IMG/VR virus record: IMGVR_UViG_3300045988_092861
Coordinates: 14,226 to 78,225 of that record
Length of the DNA: 64,000 nucleotides
Source of the DNA: a virus
Reading direction: 5' to 3' (one strand)
The position numbers were made by a program, and so were the translations under genes. The notes below the pieces were generated by a model that worked only from the letters and a program-made list of their open reading frames with translations, did no database searches and had not been told where the DNA came from. Shown piece by piece: positions 31,853 to 41,231 of the stretch (position 1 is its first letter; each line of letters starts with the position of its first letter).

Positions 31853-33160
31853 ATGCAACAGAGTTCTTTATTTCTTAAGTATATCATGAGTTTCTTCCCA
31901 ATCTTGAAGACTTTGATTGAGAAGATTAACGGTAAGCGCAAGAACGAGATGACGTATCTCCATAAGGATACATCCATTCTCCGCCGCGTTTATTCTACCG
32001 ACAACAAATGGGAAGCCGACACGGTCGACACCTCTTACGTAGCAGCTGACTACGTAGCTGTTGATTCACCTGTTCCTTTGAAGTCTCGTGACAAGATTTC
32101 TACCGCAAACGGCAAATTGCCAAAGGTCGGTATGAAGAAATTCTTGAAGGAGTCAGATATCCTCGCTCTCAGACTCATGGAAGCACAGGGCGGTCAGACA
32201 GCAGAGATTCGTCGTAAGTTGGCTCAGGACCCGGTAGCTTGTAATGTCGGTGTTGATGAGCGTAATGAGTACGCCCTTCTGTATGGTCTTTCTAACGGCT
32301 ACGTAGCTGTTCGTGACGACGATAATCCAAAGGAGTTGCTCCGTATCAAGTATCGGTACTTGCCAGAAAATCAGCTCGGCATCAACAATGTTGATACTGG
32401 TGTTACAGTTGCAGACTTGAAGGAATGTATCGAGCAAGCATCGAATGATGGCAACACCATCTTGATCTTCTGGATTGGAAAGGCTAAGTTTGACGAATTG
32501 AAGAAGGCACAGGACGCTCGCGAGCTTGTTGCCAACTACAAGGGTCAGACTTATGACTCCAACACAAAGCTGCCGGTTCCTACTGCCAGCGTATTCCAGG
32601 AGGCATTCTTGGACGAGACCGGTGTATCATTCCGCATCATCAACCGTACTGTCCGCTTGGAGCATGATGGCGTGAAGAAGAGTGTTAAGCCTTGGAACAA
32701 CGATATGATTATCGGTGTCTGCTCACAGATGATTGGTGCCCTCGTTTACGGTCAGGTAGCAGAGGCAACCAACAGAGTGGCAGGTGTAACCTATCAGCAG
32801 ATTGATTACAAGCTTATTTCTCAGTATTCAACAACTGATCCATTGCGTGAGACTACTGCGGTGCAGGCATACTGCTTGCCTGTCATCGAGGACGTTGACA
32901 CAATCTATCAGATTGATACTAAGCTGGCAGACCCAGACGTTTCTGTTGATACCGAAAAGGAGAAAGCAGATACAGAGGACGCTAAGGTAACAATCTCTGA
33001 TGTGACCTACAAGAAGCCGGAGGCTATCACAACTCTCAACGCTCTTGGTGCTACACTTCCTAGTAACGCCAGCGACAAGGAGGTTATTGATGCCTACAAT
33101 GAGCTGCCTCCTACAAAGAAGAAGGAGTTCAAGGATAACGCAGCTAAAGCTGAGGAGTAA
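31853..33160 (+). CDS. Major capsid protein
   Basis: 435 aa with a strong SD (AAGGAGG 31840-31846). Its position after the scaffold and decoration genes supports the call. No motif-level proof. Confidence 0.65.
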   Translation: MQQSSLFLKYIMSFFPILKTLIEKINGKRKNEMTYLHKDTSILRRVYSTDNKWEADTVDTSYVAADYVAVDSPVPLKSRDKISTANGKLPKVGMKKFLKESDILALRLMEAQGGQTAEIRRKLAQDPVACNVGVDERNEYALLYGLSNGYVAVRDDDNPKELLRIKYRYLPENQLGINNVDTGVTVADLKECIEQASNDGNTILIFWIGKAKFDELKKAQDARELVANYKGQTYDSNTKLPVPTASVFQEAFLDETGVSFRIINRTVRLEHDGVKKSVKPWNNDMIIGVCSQMIGALVYGQVAEATNRVAGVTYQQIDYKLISQYSTTDPLRETTAVQAYCLPVIEDVDTIYQIDTKLADPDVSVDTEKEKADTEDAKVTISDVTYKKPEAITTLNALGATLPSNASDKEVIDAYNELPPTKKKEFKDNAAKAEE

Positions 33161-33162
33161 TC

Positions 33163-33492
33163 ATGAAGACGGTCGGACAAGCATTGGTGGATGAAATTCA
33201 CATACCAATTCCTTATGGATTCGTCGAAAACGCTTGTATCAAGCGCGAATTGGGTTTCGAGGACGAGTTTGATAGCGCTGTCGCTAAAAGCGATGCGTAT
33301 AAGGGAGCGCTTGCCGATTGTCTGCTTTCTCTCATACAAGCCGTAAGTTTCTCTGAGTCGGATAAATCCATTGGTTCTCTCTCAGAAGACCAACGAAAGG
33401 CTATATTAGTTCAAGTCAATCGTTTATACAACTCTATCGGAGAGGAGGAGGTATCACTTACTCCGAAGCCGACAGTTTACATTAATTGCTGA
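33163..33492 (+). CDS. Head-tail connector/adaptor (putative)
   Basis: 109 aa. Call based on position after the capsid gene. Confidence 0.35.
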   Translation: MKTVGQALVDEIHIPIPYGFVENACIKRELGFEDEFDSAVAKSDAYKGALADCLLSLIQAVSFSESDKSIGSLSEDQRKAILVQVNRLYNSIGEEEVSLTPKPTVYINC

Positions 33493-33821
33493 TGAGTCTA
33501 TTGAGTTTTCATGCCTCAAAGCTATATCGGCAGCAGAAGGTAGCTGGCTATACAGATGATGATGGAAATTATCACCAGGGCAAGACCGAATGGAAGTTCT
33601 GCTGCACTTGTGATGTAGTTCCTGCTGGCGAGGCTAACAAAGTAGTTACAACAGATGGGTCTATAGATTATTACTCTTACGAAGTGTATAATTTACCCGT
33701 AGCGATAGAAAAGTTCTCTTATGGGGATTTTATCAAGCTTGATATTTTAGGGGCCGAGGAGGCGATTTTAAAGGTCAAGGGATTTCATCGCTATCAACTC
33801 CAGTGCAAGATATGGGCATAA
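33492..33821 (+). CDS. Head-closure/head-tail joining protein (putative)
   Basis: ATG 33492 overlaps the upstream TGA; the track start at 33486 is TTG. Positional inference only. Confidence 0.35.
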   Translation: MSLLSFHASKLYRQQKVAGYTDDDGNYHQGKTEWKFCCTCDVVPAGEANKVVTTDGSIDYYSYEVYNLPVAIEKFSYGDFIKLDILGAEEAILKVKGFHRYQLQCKIWA

Positions 33822-34294
33822 GAATGACAACCAGCGTATCTGCTCTAAATGCCTTCATACAAAGAGCCGCAAGGAAGATACACGAGAATGTGCTTAAAGC
33901 ATTGAGCAAACTCGGAGACGAATCCGTGGTAAGAATCCGTAACAGGTCTGCCAAGGAAAGCTGGATAGACCATACGGGAAACCTAAGAAGTTCCATAGGA
34001 TTCGCCGTGTACGAGCAGGGAAGTAAATATATGGAATCAGCCTTTTCGCAGGTTCTCAGTGGCACAGACGGCTCTGCAAAGGGCAAAAAGATGATCAATG
34101 ACCTTGCAAAGGAATATTCCAGAGTTTATGCTTTGGTTGTCGTTGCCGGAATGGAGTACGCAGGAGATGTGGAAGCCTTGGAAAGCAAGGACGTACTCGC
34201 TTCAACGAAGATATGGGCCACGTCCATAGTCGAGCAGCGTGTTAAGACAGCAATAGAATCAGCTATTAATGAAATAAATAGATGGAAGATATGA
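33812..34294 (+). CDS. HK97 gp10-like tail/neck component
   Basis: WIDHTGNLRSSIGF matches the 'TGxLRxSI' hallmark of the HK97 gp10 family. The start is ambiguous (ATG 33812 or 33824; the track's 33803 is GTG). Confidence 0.55.
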   Translation: MGIRMTTSVSALNAFIQRAARKIHENVLKALSKLGDESVVRIRNRSAKESWIDHTGNLRSSIGFAVYEQGSKYMESAFSQVLSGTDGSAKGKKMINDLAKEYSRVYALVVVAGMEYAGDVEALESKDVLASTKIWATSIVEQRVKTAIESAINEINRWKI

Positions 34295-34683
34295 AGTCAG
34301 ACGGAGCAATTAAGACCGATGTTTACAGGTACATCAAAGCCAGCGGTTTCATGAACAATGTTAACGGCAAGCTGTCTAAAACGTTGAGACCACATAATTC
34401 TCGAGAAGAAGATGTTGTTATCTCCATCTTGGCCAATGAGGGAACGCAGCTTCAAACGGCAATTATAAATGTAAATATATATATACAAGACAATGATGTA
34501 GATGGGCAGTTTGAAGAGAACTGTATCAGAGTAGAAGAAATCTGTAAGTTGTCTTGGAATCTCTTGGAAACGTTCAGAACGAGCGAGTATGCAGCCCACG
34601 CTATTGAGCAGAGGGTATATGCAACAAGCACGGGAGAACATGTAATAAATAATCAAATCGAATATAAACTCATAAATGATTAA
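34282..34683 (+). CDS. Tail terminator-like protein (putative)
   Basis: 133 aa. Positional inference only. An alternative ATG at 34291 gives an ATGA overlap. Confidence 0.35.
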   Translation: MEDMKSDGAIKTDVYRYIKASGFMNNVNGKLSKTLRPHNSREEDVVISILANEGTQLQTAIINVNIYIQDNDVDGQFEENCIRVEEICKLSWNLLETFRTSEYAAHAIEQRVYATSTGEHVINNQIEYKLIND

Positions 34684-34686
34684 ATT

Positions 34687-35268
34687 ATGTCAGTAACATC
34701 ATGGGGCAAATGTACTATCTACGTTCAAGAAGTAGGTAGCAAAAAGAACGAGTGGACTAAGCTCCCAACTCCAAAGGATGGCACAACGCAGGTAACACCT
34801 ACGAAAGGTGACACAATGACCCAGGTCGAGGAAGGTGGCGGAATTGTTGATCGCAAGACCAAGAAGTCAACATATGAGGCAGCATACCAGCTCTTCATCA
34901 AGAAGAACCAGTCGCAGCCGTTCAAGACCATCGATGGTATCGTAGAAGGTAACTATCGCTTGGCTATTCAGCCTGAAGATGCCGAACTTCCAGGCGTTTA
35001 CATGGGTAATACCACAATCGGTGCAGAAGAGGCCTATACAACTGAGAGCGGTGCTCTTATCACGTACACTCACGCAGCTCTCATTCCTGAGGGTGACGTT
35101 GTGGCTAAGACTACCAACGCGAAGAGTGAGGACGTCTATTGCGCTTACCGTTGGCGTGTCATTACTGCCACAAAGGGAACAGGTGGAAAGTATGCCTTGA
35201 CTTTCAAGAAGCCGCAGGACGGCGATACCGCTCCTGCTGAAATCACGGAAACCTACGCAGAGAAATAG
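34687..35268 (+). CDS. Major tail (tube) protein (putative)
   Basis: 193 aa, located upstream of the chaperone-like gene and the tape measure. Confidence 0.5.
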   Translation: MSVTSWGKCTIYVQEVGSKKNEWTKLPTPKDGTTQVTPTKGDTMTQVEEGGGIVDRKTKKSTYEAAYQLFIKKNQSQPFKTIDGIVEGNYRLAIQPEDAELPGVYMGNTTIGAEEAYTTESGALITYTHAALIPEGDVVAKTTNAKSEDVYCAYRWRVITATKGTGGKYALTFKKPQDGDTAPAEITETYAEK

Positions 35269-35318
35269 GCATATTCTAATATCCCTTCGGCCGACTGAGG
35301 GTTATCAGCCGGCAACCT

Positions 35319-35427
35319 ACCCAAGTAGCTCAGGGGAAGAGCGAGACCAAATAGTCCGTCGCATAAAAATCCAGGGTCTTCAAAAGCTGGTTGAAAGTCG
35401 CAGGTTCGAGTCCTGCCTTGGGTGCCA
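35319..35427 (+). tRNA. Atypical 109-nt tRNA-like gene with encoded CCA
   Basis: Acceptor ACCCAAG/CTTGGGT. U8-A9. D arm GCTC-AGGGGAA-GAGC. T arm GCAGG-TTCGAGT-CCTGC. Discriminator G plus CCA. The middle 57 nt do not form a canonical anticodon arm (AGACC/GGTCT stem with a 26-nt loop, then TTCAA-AAGCTGG-TTGAA). Confidence 0.5.
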
Positions 35428-35447
35428 ACTATTTAAATTCGAGTGAT

Positions 35448-36158
35448 ATGGAAGAGTTAGGAATCATTATATCGAATACGCTCACAGATATGCCTATAGG
35501 CTTTGATACTGAGCATACTCACGTTAATATCTACCCTACTACACTGGGCATGATGTACCTAACGTCGCAGTTGGTAGATAGCTTGGAGATAGACAAAGAG
35601 TTACTTCAAGTCGATCCTTTCTTGGAAGCATTGCGAGTTGCAAACACCAAAAGGGAGACATGCTGCAGATTGATTGCATATCACTCACTCAATACAAAGA
35701 AAGAAATACTAGATTCCAAATGTGTAAGTAAGCAGGTGGAGTTAATCTTCAAAGAATGTTCCAACGAGGATATAGCCACTCTCCTCATAATCATCCTTAA
35801 GGCTAACTCATACCAGACAATAGCAAAAGAGACTGGAATGGAAGAAGAAGCGAAACGTATGGCAAAAGTCAATGCAGCAAAGAAGTCAGAGAATAGCTTT
35901 ATCTTCGGAGGCAAGACAATATGGGGAACACTCATAGATGCCGCTTGCGAAAGATACGGATGGACTTTCGATTACGTGGTATGGGGAATATCGTATAACA
36001 ACCTGACCCTCATGCTGAAAGATAAGGTTACATCCATATATCTGTCTGATGAGGAGAGGAAGAAAGCCCATATACCAGCAGCAGGGGAAGAGGTCATCGA
36101 TGGCAACAACAAGGAGGCTGTCATGAAGGCAGTGAAAGAGTCAGAGGCAGAGATTTAA
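35448..36158 (+). CDS. Tail assembly chaperone-like protein (positional)
   Basis: ATG 35448. The track's TTG start at 35391 lies inside the tRNA-like gene. Sits between the tube and tape-measure genes. Confidence 0.35.
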   Translation: MEELGIIISNTLTDMPIGFDTEHTHVNIYPTTLGMMYLTSQLVDSLEIDKELLQVDPFLEALRVANTKRETCCRLIAYHSLNTKKEILDSKCVSKQVELIFKECSNEDIATLLIIILKANSYQTIAKETGMEEEAKRMAKVNAAKKSENSFIFGGKTIWGTLIDAACERYGWTFDYVVWGISYNNLTLMLKDKVTSIYLSDEERKKAHIPAAGEEVIDGNNKEAVMKAVKESEAEI

Positions 36159-36267
36159 CCGAACCCTACGCACGCACGCGAGGAGTTCCGTTTTAGAACA
36201 TTCAAATTTGGTGTTTCATCGGGATTTCTTTATAACAAAGTATAAATTCAAGGAAAAATAGAACATT

Positions 36268-39200
36268 ATGCCAAGCATAAAATTCGATACAATAGTCGAG
36301 ACCTCTAAGGTAGTTTCTGGTTTTCGAGACATTCAGAACGCAGTTCATCAGACTGCCGAGAGGGTTGAGAAGGACGGAAAGTCCATTGACGACATAATCT
36401 CGAAAATACAAAACAGCATGAACATTGCCATTGGCGGTTGGAGCATTGGCAAGTTCGTCAATCAGATGATGCAGGTCCGCGGTCAGTTCCAGCAGACAGA
36501 AATGGCTTTCAAGACAATGTTGCAGTCTGAGGAGAAAGCTGATGCGCTTATGAAGCAGTTGATCCGCACGGCAGCCGTCACACCTTTCGGGATTGAAGAC
36601 GTTACAGAGGGAGCCAAGCAGCTCCTTGCGTTTAACGTAGCAGCCGAGGATGTCAACAAGACGCTTATCGGATTGGGAGACGTTGCTGCAGGTATGGGCC
36701 TGAACCTTAAAGACCTCGTGATGCTTTATGGCACCACCATCGCCAAGGGCAAGATGGACACGATGGACTTGTATCAGTTCCTCAACCGAGGTATTCCTAT
36801 CGCAGACGAGATTGCAAAGGTTATGGGCCTTGACGTTACCAATGCTATCAAGGAGGTCCAGAAGCAAATCAAGGCTGGCAAGGTAACCAGCGACGTTTTC
36901 ATCCAGGCAATGCAGAATATGTCTGCAGAGGGTAGTAAGTTCGGTGGATTGATGGAAGCTCAGTCTAAGACCATTACCGGCCAGATAAGCAACATCAAGG
37001 ACGCTATCGAGCAGATGTTCAACGAACTTGGTAAGTCTCAGGAGGGTGTCATCAATACCGGATTGGGAGTTGTTTCTACCCTCGTAGAGAACTGGAAGAC
37101 TGTAGGAAAAGTTCTTATGACCGTTGTCGCTGCCTATGGAGCATACAAAGCTGCTGTTTTGGCAATGATTGCAATATCAAAGGCTCAAATAGCTTGGGAA
37201 AGTGCTAAAGCATTTATTTCTTTGGCACGTTCTATAACTTCCGCAAAGGATGCGATGGCGCTGTTCAACCTTGTTGCGTCATCTAATCCTTTGGGTCTTG
37301 TCTTGGGTGTAATTGCTGCTGGTGTTACCCTATTCGGATTATTCGGCGATAGTGCTGAAGATGCAGCAACCAAGACCTCCAAGTTTACCGAGAGTGCAAA
37401 TGAAGCATCAAGTAAGGTCGAGTCGTTAGTCTCCATTCTGAAGACTGCAAAGGAAGGCTCCAAGGTTTATAAGGACACCATCAAGGAGCTGTCAAGCATA
37501 TATAGCAACTATGGTATTACCATTGACAGGATCAAAGAAGATGAGAGTAATCTCGTTAGTGTTAAGCAGCAGGAGATTGATAAGTCTAACGAGCTTATCG
37601 AGCAAATCAAGCTGGAGGCTACAGAGCGCAACAGAGCCAATGCAATCTCTAAGGCCAACGAAGAATACAACAACCGTGTTGATAGTGCTCAGCAAGCCCT
37701 TTTGGATAAGTTGAAGGATTATGGAACCTCCAGTAGTGGTATTGCGGTAGGCATACAGAACATCGTATCTGATTCGGTTATCAAGCAGTTTGATGAGTTG
37801 ACACAGAAGATGTCTGGCTTGAATGAGCACTCCAAGGAGTATCAGACATATCTGAAACAATACAATCAGCTGGAAGCTTCTTTGATTTCAGAATCAGAAA
37901 ATCTTGCTAATGCTTTTGGGTTTACAGGAGACAAGACAAGCGATGCCAGGAAGGCTTTGATAGGCTATCTCTATGAACTTCGAGCTGCAAAGAAGCTGCA
38001 TACCGAGGAGGCTGATAATATCAACAAAGCTGCAGATGCTACTGAAGATTTCGGTAATAAGGCTACCTCAACCAAGAACAGGATAAACGCTTTGCAGAAG
38101 CAGCTCCAGGGTGCCGGTGAGGATGTACACGTTCTCTACAACCGTGTCAAGGAGTTCATGCAGAACTATTCCGAGAACAACATCAACTTCCACGTCAACT
38201 TCGATGCCAAGATACCATCGTGGATGCAGAATATGAATATTCCGGAACTGGGACGTTTAGGTAAGTACTTCTCTGCTTTGGCACGTGACCTTGCAAACAA
38301 CAAGAAGTCTGGTGCGCTAGTCAATGGTAAATGGATGTCAACAAATGATATCGCTCAACGAGGATGGGATTATACCAATGCAGCGAACACCAAGCAGACA
38401 AAAGCTGACGAAGAGGAAAAGCAGAAGCGTCGCGAAAAGGAAGAGGCAGAAGCAAACGCAAAGAAGAACGCTGCCAAAGCCAAGAAAGCCGCAGCCGATG
38501 CCAAGAAGCAGGCAGAAGACCGCAAGAAGGCCCAGGAGGAACTTAATGAGGACTTGAAGCAGCTGCAGCAGGAAAACATCGACAATGATATATCTCAGAT
38601 GCAGGAAGGCACGGAAAAGAAGCTTGCTCAAATCAAGAACGACTATGCCAAGCGCAAAGCCGAGATTGATAAGCAAGAAGCAGAGTTCAAGAAGAAAAAC
38701 AAGGAAGCTGGCAAGAAAGTAACCCTTACCTCTGCTCAGTCCAATGCCCTCAATAAGGCCAGAGACCTCGCTACCCAAGAGTATAACAAGAAGCTTGATG
38801 AGGTCAACAGGGAAGCCCTCACCTCTATGCGTGACTACTTGAAGGAGTATGGCTCACTCTATCAGCAGAAGCAAGCCATTGCCGAGGAGTACGAGGAAAA
38901 GATTGCCAAGGCTCAGACGGAAGGCGAGAAGAAGACTCTCCAGCAGGAGAAGAAAAAAGCACTCGCCAACTTCGACTACGAAAGCATCTCTATGGGCATT
39001 GACTGGAAGGGTCTGATGAGTGGTGTAGGTAATATGAGCAAGGAAATGCTCAAACCAATGCTTGAAAAGTTAGATGCCTATACCAACACGGACAAATTTC
39101 AGCAAGCCGATACTCAGACACAACAGAAGGTTGTTGACCTCATGCAGGAGATTCGCACTTACCTCGGGACTGATCAGAATGCAACGTGGCAGAACCTTGC

Positions 39201-41130
39201 TGCATCCATCAGCAGTTTCAATCAGTCTGTTGCTGAGTACCAAAAGGCTGTTGAGGAAGAGAAGAGACAGAGTGAAAACTTCAAGTCCGCAAAGGCTCTC
39301 CATGACAAGGGCAGTATCTCCGACAAGGAACTTCAGCAGGCAAAGAAAGCTACTGATGATGCAAGTCAAGCGGTAGTTGATGCCAAAAACAAAATGAATA
39401 CCTTCGGTATCAAGCTCAACTCAGCTACGGAAGCCGTTACGAACTATACTTCGGGGCTTACTGCTGCACTCAACAAGCTCGGAACGTGGAAAGGCAACGA
39501 AGGGTTCTCTGAGGTACAATCATCAGTAGGCAACATAGATGCTTTGAAGGGTGTTCTTGATGAATCTCTCTCCACTATGGGCAACGGAGTAGCCAAGACG
39601 ATGGGCGCAACCATATCGAAAGGTTTAGGAAGTGCTCTCGACACTATCGGAGGTGGAATAACCAATATGATGGGTAGTGCTCTCGGCTCAATCGTAGGAG
39701 TGGTGGCACAGATACCGAAACTCATCCTCAATCTCGCAAGTTCCATAAAGAGCTTCGTGACCGGTATTCTTGATTCGTTTACTCAGCTACTTCAATTCGA
39801 ATGGCTATCAGATTTGGTTAACAGCATTCTTGCTTCCGTGGGAAATCTCATTGATGCCATCTTCGACCTTCCAGAAAACCTATTCAAGGCTCTTGAAAGC
39901 ATTGTTGTTAATGGTGTTGGCGGTCTCTTAGATAACGTGTTAGGTCGTGTAGGTAACGTTCTCTCTCTCGGTGCACTTTCTTCGAAAGGTCCATCTGATT
40001 GGTTCACCAACTCGAATGCAGCGAAGGTAAATCAACGCATATCGGAGTTAACGGATAGTAATGCGCGGTTGGATGATTCCATCAATAGGCTGAGGAACAC
40101 CATGGATAAGTCCTATGGTCAACAAACCAAGAAAGCCTATGAGGAAGCCAAAAGACAGCAACAGCAGAAGAATGACAACCTTAAAGAGATTGCCAAGCAG
40201 AAAGCAAGCTATCATAGCTCCCATAAATCTTGGAATCACTATTGGAGTGGGTTCAGTAGTGATGAGATAAAGAAAATCCAAGAAGCTATTGGCAAGGACT
40301 TCAATGGTGACATCTGGAGTTTGGATGAGAACGACATAAACACCATGTTAGGCTATGAGTGGTTCACTACTAAGATACGCAGAACAGGTAAGATATACAA
40401 GGGGCGTTCCGCTTATGGAGAGGCAGTTCTTAAAGCCATGCAGGACTGGGGAGACTCAGCAGGCACGATGGATGAAATTACTGACGAGTTCAAGGAAGCC
40501 CTCACTCAGATTTCCTTTGACAGCATGAGAGATAGTTTTATCAGCAACCTCATGGACATGACCAAGAGTGCACAGGATTTCTCTGATGATTTCGCAGAAA
40601 TGATGCAGAAAGCCCTCCTCTCCTACTCCATGGACGACCTCATTGAAGGCGACTTGAAGAAGCTTTATGATGATTGGGCAAAGGCAATCGATGATAAAGA
40701 AGGAAAGCTCACAGAAGCAGACATAGACGCATTCAACAAGCGTTACGATGATATAGTCCAGGAAGGCTTGAAGAGACGTGACGAGTGGGCAAAAGTGACA
40801 GGCTACACTGGTTCTTCATCCTCATCACAGACCGCAACAAGCGGAGGATGGGCATCTATGGGGCAAGATACCGCCGATGAGCTGAATGGTCGCTTCACCG
40901 CCCTGCAGATTGCAGGAGAGTCTATCGCTCAGAACATGACTACCACCATATCACAGATGGAGAGCATCGTTACACTCGGAATCTCAACCAATGGCGCAGT
41001 ATTAGAGATTAGAAACATGATGATCATGACAAACAGCTACCTCGAAGACATCGTGAAGTATTCAAAGCTCACCTATAATGACTTCGGAACAAAGCTGGAT
41101 GACATGATCAGAAGATTAAAGGATATTTGA
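36268..41130 (+). CDS. Tail tape measure protein
   Basis: 1620 aa. TP901-type core (AAVTPFGIEDVTEGAKQLLAFNV...LIGLGDVAAGMG), TM-like segments and long K/E/A coiled coils. Confidence 0.9.
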   Translation: MPSIKFDTIVETSKVVSGFRDIQNAVHQTAERVEKDGKSIDDIISKIQNSMNIAIGGWSIGKFVNQMMQVRGQFQQTEMAFKTMLQSEEKADALMKQLIRTAAVTPFGIEDVTEGAKQLLAFNVAAEDVNKTLIGLGDVAAGMGLNLKDLVMLYGTTIAKGKMDTMDLYQFLNRGIPIADEIAKVMGLDVTNAIKEVQKQIKAGKVTSDVFIQAMQNMSAEGSKFGGLMEAQSKTITGQISNIKDAIEQMFNELGKSQEGVINTGLGVVSTLVENWKTVGKVLMTVVAAYGAYKAAVLAMIAISKAQIAWESAKAFISLARSITSAKDAMALFNLVASSNPLGLVLGVIAAGVTLFGLFGDSAEDAATKTSKFTESANEASSKVESLVSILKTAKEGSKVYKDTIKELSSIYSNYGITIDRIKEDESNLVSVKQQEIDKSNELIEQIKLEATERNRANAISKANEEYNNRVDSAQQALLDKLKDYGTSSSGIAVGIQNIVSDSVIKQFDELTQKMSGLNEHSKEYQTYLKQYNQLEASLISESENLANAFGFTGDKTSDARKALIGYLYELRAAKKLHTEEADNINKAADATEDFGNKATSTKNRINALQKQLQGAGEDVHVLYNRVKEFMQNYSENNINFHVNFDAKIPSWMQNMNIPELGRLGKYFSALARDLANNKKSGALVNGKWMSTNDIAQRGWDYTNAANTKQTKADEEEKQKRREKEEAEANAKKNAAKAKKAAADAKKQAEDRKKAQEELNEDLKQLQQENIDNDISQMQEGTEKKLAQIKNDYAKRKAEIDKQEAEFKKKNKEAGKKVTLTSAQSNALNKARDLATQEYNKKLDEVNREALTSMRDYLKEYGSLYQQKQAIAEEYEEKIAKAQTEGEKKTLQQEKKKALANFDYESISMGIDWKGLMSGVGNMSKEMLKPMLEKLDAYTNTDKFQQADTQTQQKVVDLMQEIRTYLGTDQNATWQNLAASISSFNQSVAEYQKAVEEEKRQSENFKSAKALHDKGSISDKELQQAKKATDDASQAVVDAKNKMNTFGIKLNSATEAVTNYTSGLTAALNKLGTWKGNEGFSEVQSSVGNIDALKGVLDESLSTMGNGVAKTMGATISKGLGSALDTIGGGITNMMGSALGSIVGVVAQIPKLILNLASSIKSFVTGILDSFTQLLQFEWLSDLVNSILASVGNLIDAIFDLPENLFKALESIVVNGVGGLLDNVLGRVGNVLSLGALSSKGPSDWFTNSNAAKVNQRISELTDSNARLDDSINRLRNTMDKSYGQQTKKAYEEAKRQQQQKNDNLKEIAKQKASYHSSHKSWNHYWSGFSSDEIKKIQEAIGKDFNGDIWSLDENDINTMLGYEWFTTKIRRTGKIYKGRSAYGEAVLKAMQDWGDSAGTMDEITDEFKEALTQISFDSMRDSFISNLMDMTKSAQDFSDDFAEMMQKALLSYSMDDLIEGDLKKLYDDWAKAIDDKEGKLTEADIDAFNKRYDDIVQEGLKRRDEWAKVTGYTGSSSSSQTATSGGWASMGQDTADELNGRFTALQIAGESIAQNMTTTISQMESIVTLGISTNGAVLEIRNMMIMTNSYLEDIVKYSKLTYNDFGTKLDDMIRRLKDI

Positions 41131-41211
41131 CCTCTATAGGCTTTTCGCTTGTCAACCCTTACAACTATACCAAACAATAGCAAAAGCGGCTCACAGCGAA
41201 GCCTATGAGGT

Positions 41212-41228
41212 TATTTAATGATTAAATA
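41212..41228. promoter_or_regulatory. Family-2-type palindromic site TATTTAATGATTAAATA
   Basis: Near-perfect 17-bp palindrome sharing the TATTTAATCA core (on the minus strand). It lies 4 nt upstream of ATG 41232. Confidence 0.4.
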
Positions 41229-41231
41229 GTT

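Noticed and set aside
35391-35447. TTG-initiated N-terminal extension of the chaperone-like ORF (MKVAGSSPALGANYLNSSD...).
   Set aside because: The extension is encoded by the T arm, acceptor stem and CCA of the tRNA-like gene (GGTTCGAGTCC...). The first ATG at 35448 was used instead.
38380-38760. Lys/Glu/Ala-rich repetitive stretch, considered as a separate repeat element or inserted gene.
   Set aside because: It is in frame and continuous with the tape measure ORF. The composition is typical of TMP coiled-coil spacers, and no exact nucleotide tandem repeat is visible.
36202-41130. Multiple antisense or alternative-frame ORFs inside the tape measure gene (for example 36202-36867 minus, 38338-38778 minus, 39444-39746 minus, 38324-38557 plus).
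   Set aside because: They lie entirely within a 1620-aa ORF that has clear tape-measure motifs. Their translations are low-complexity mirror images of the K/E/A-rich coding strand, so they are shadow ORFs.
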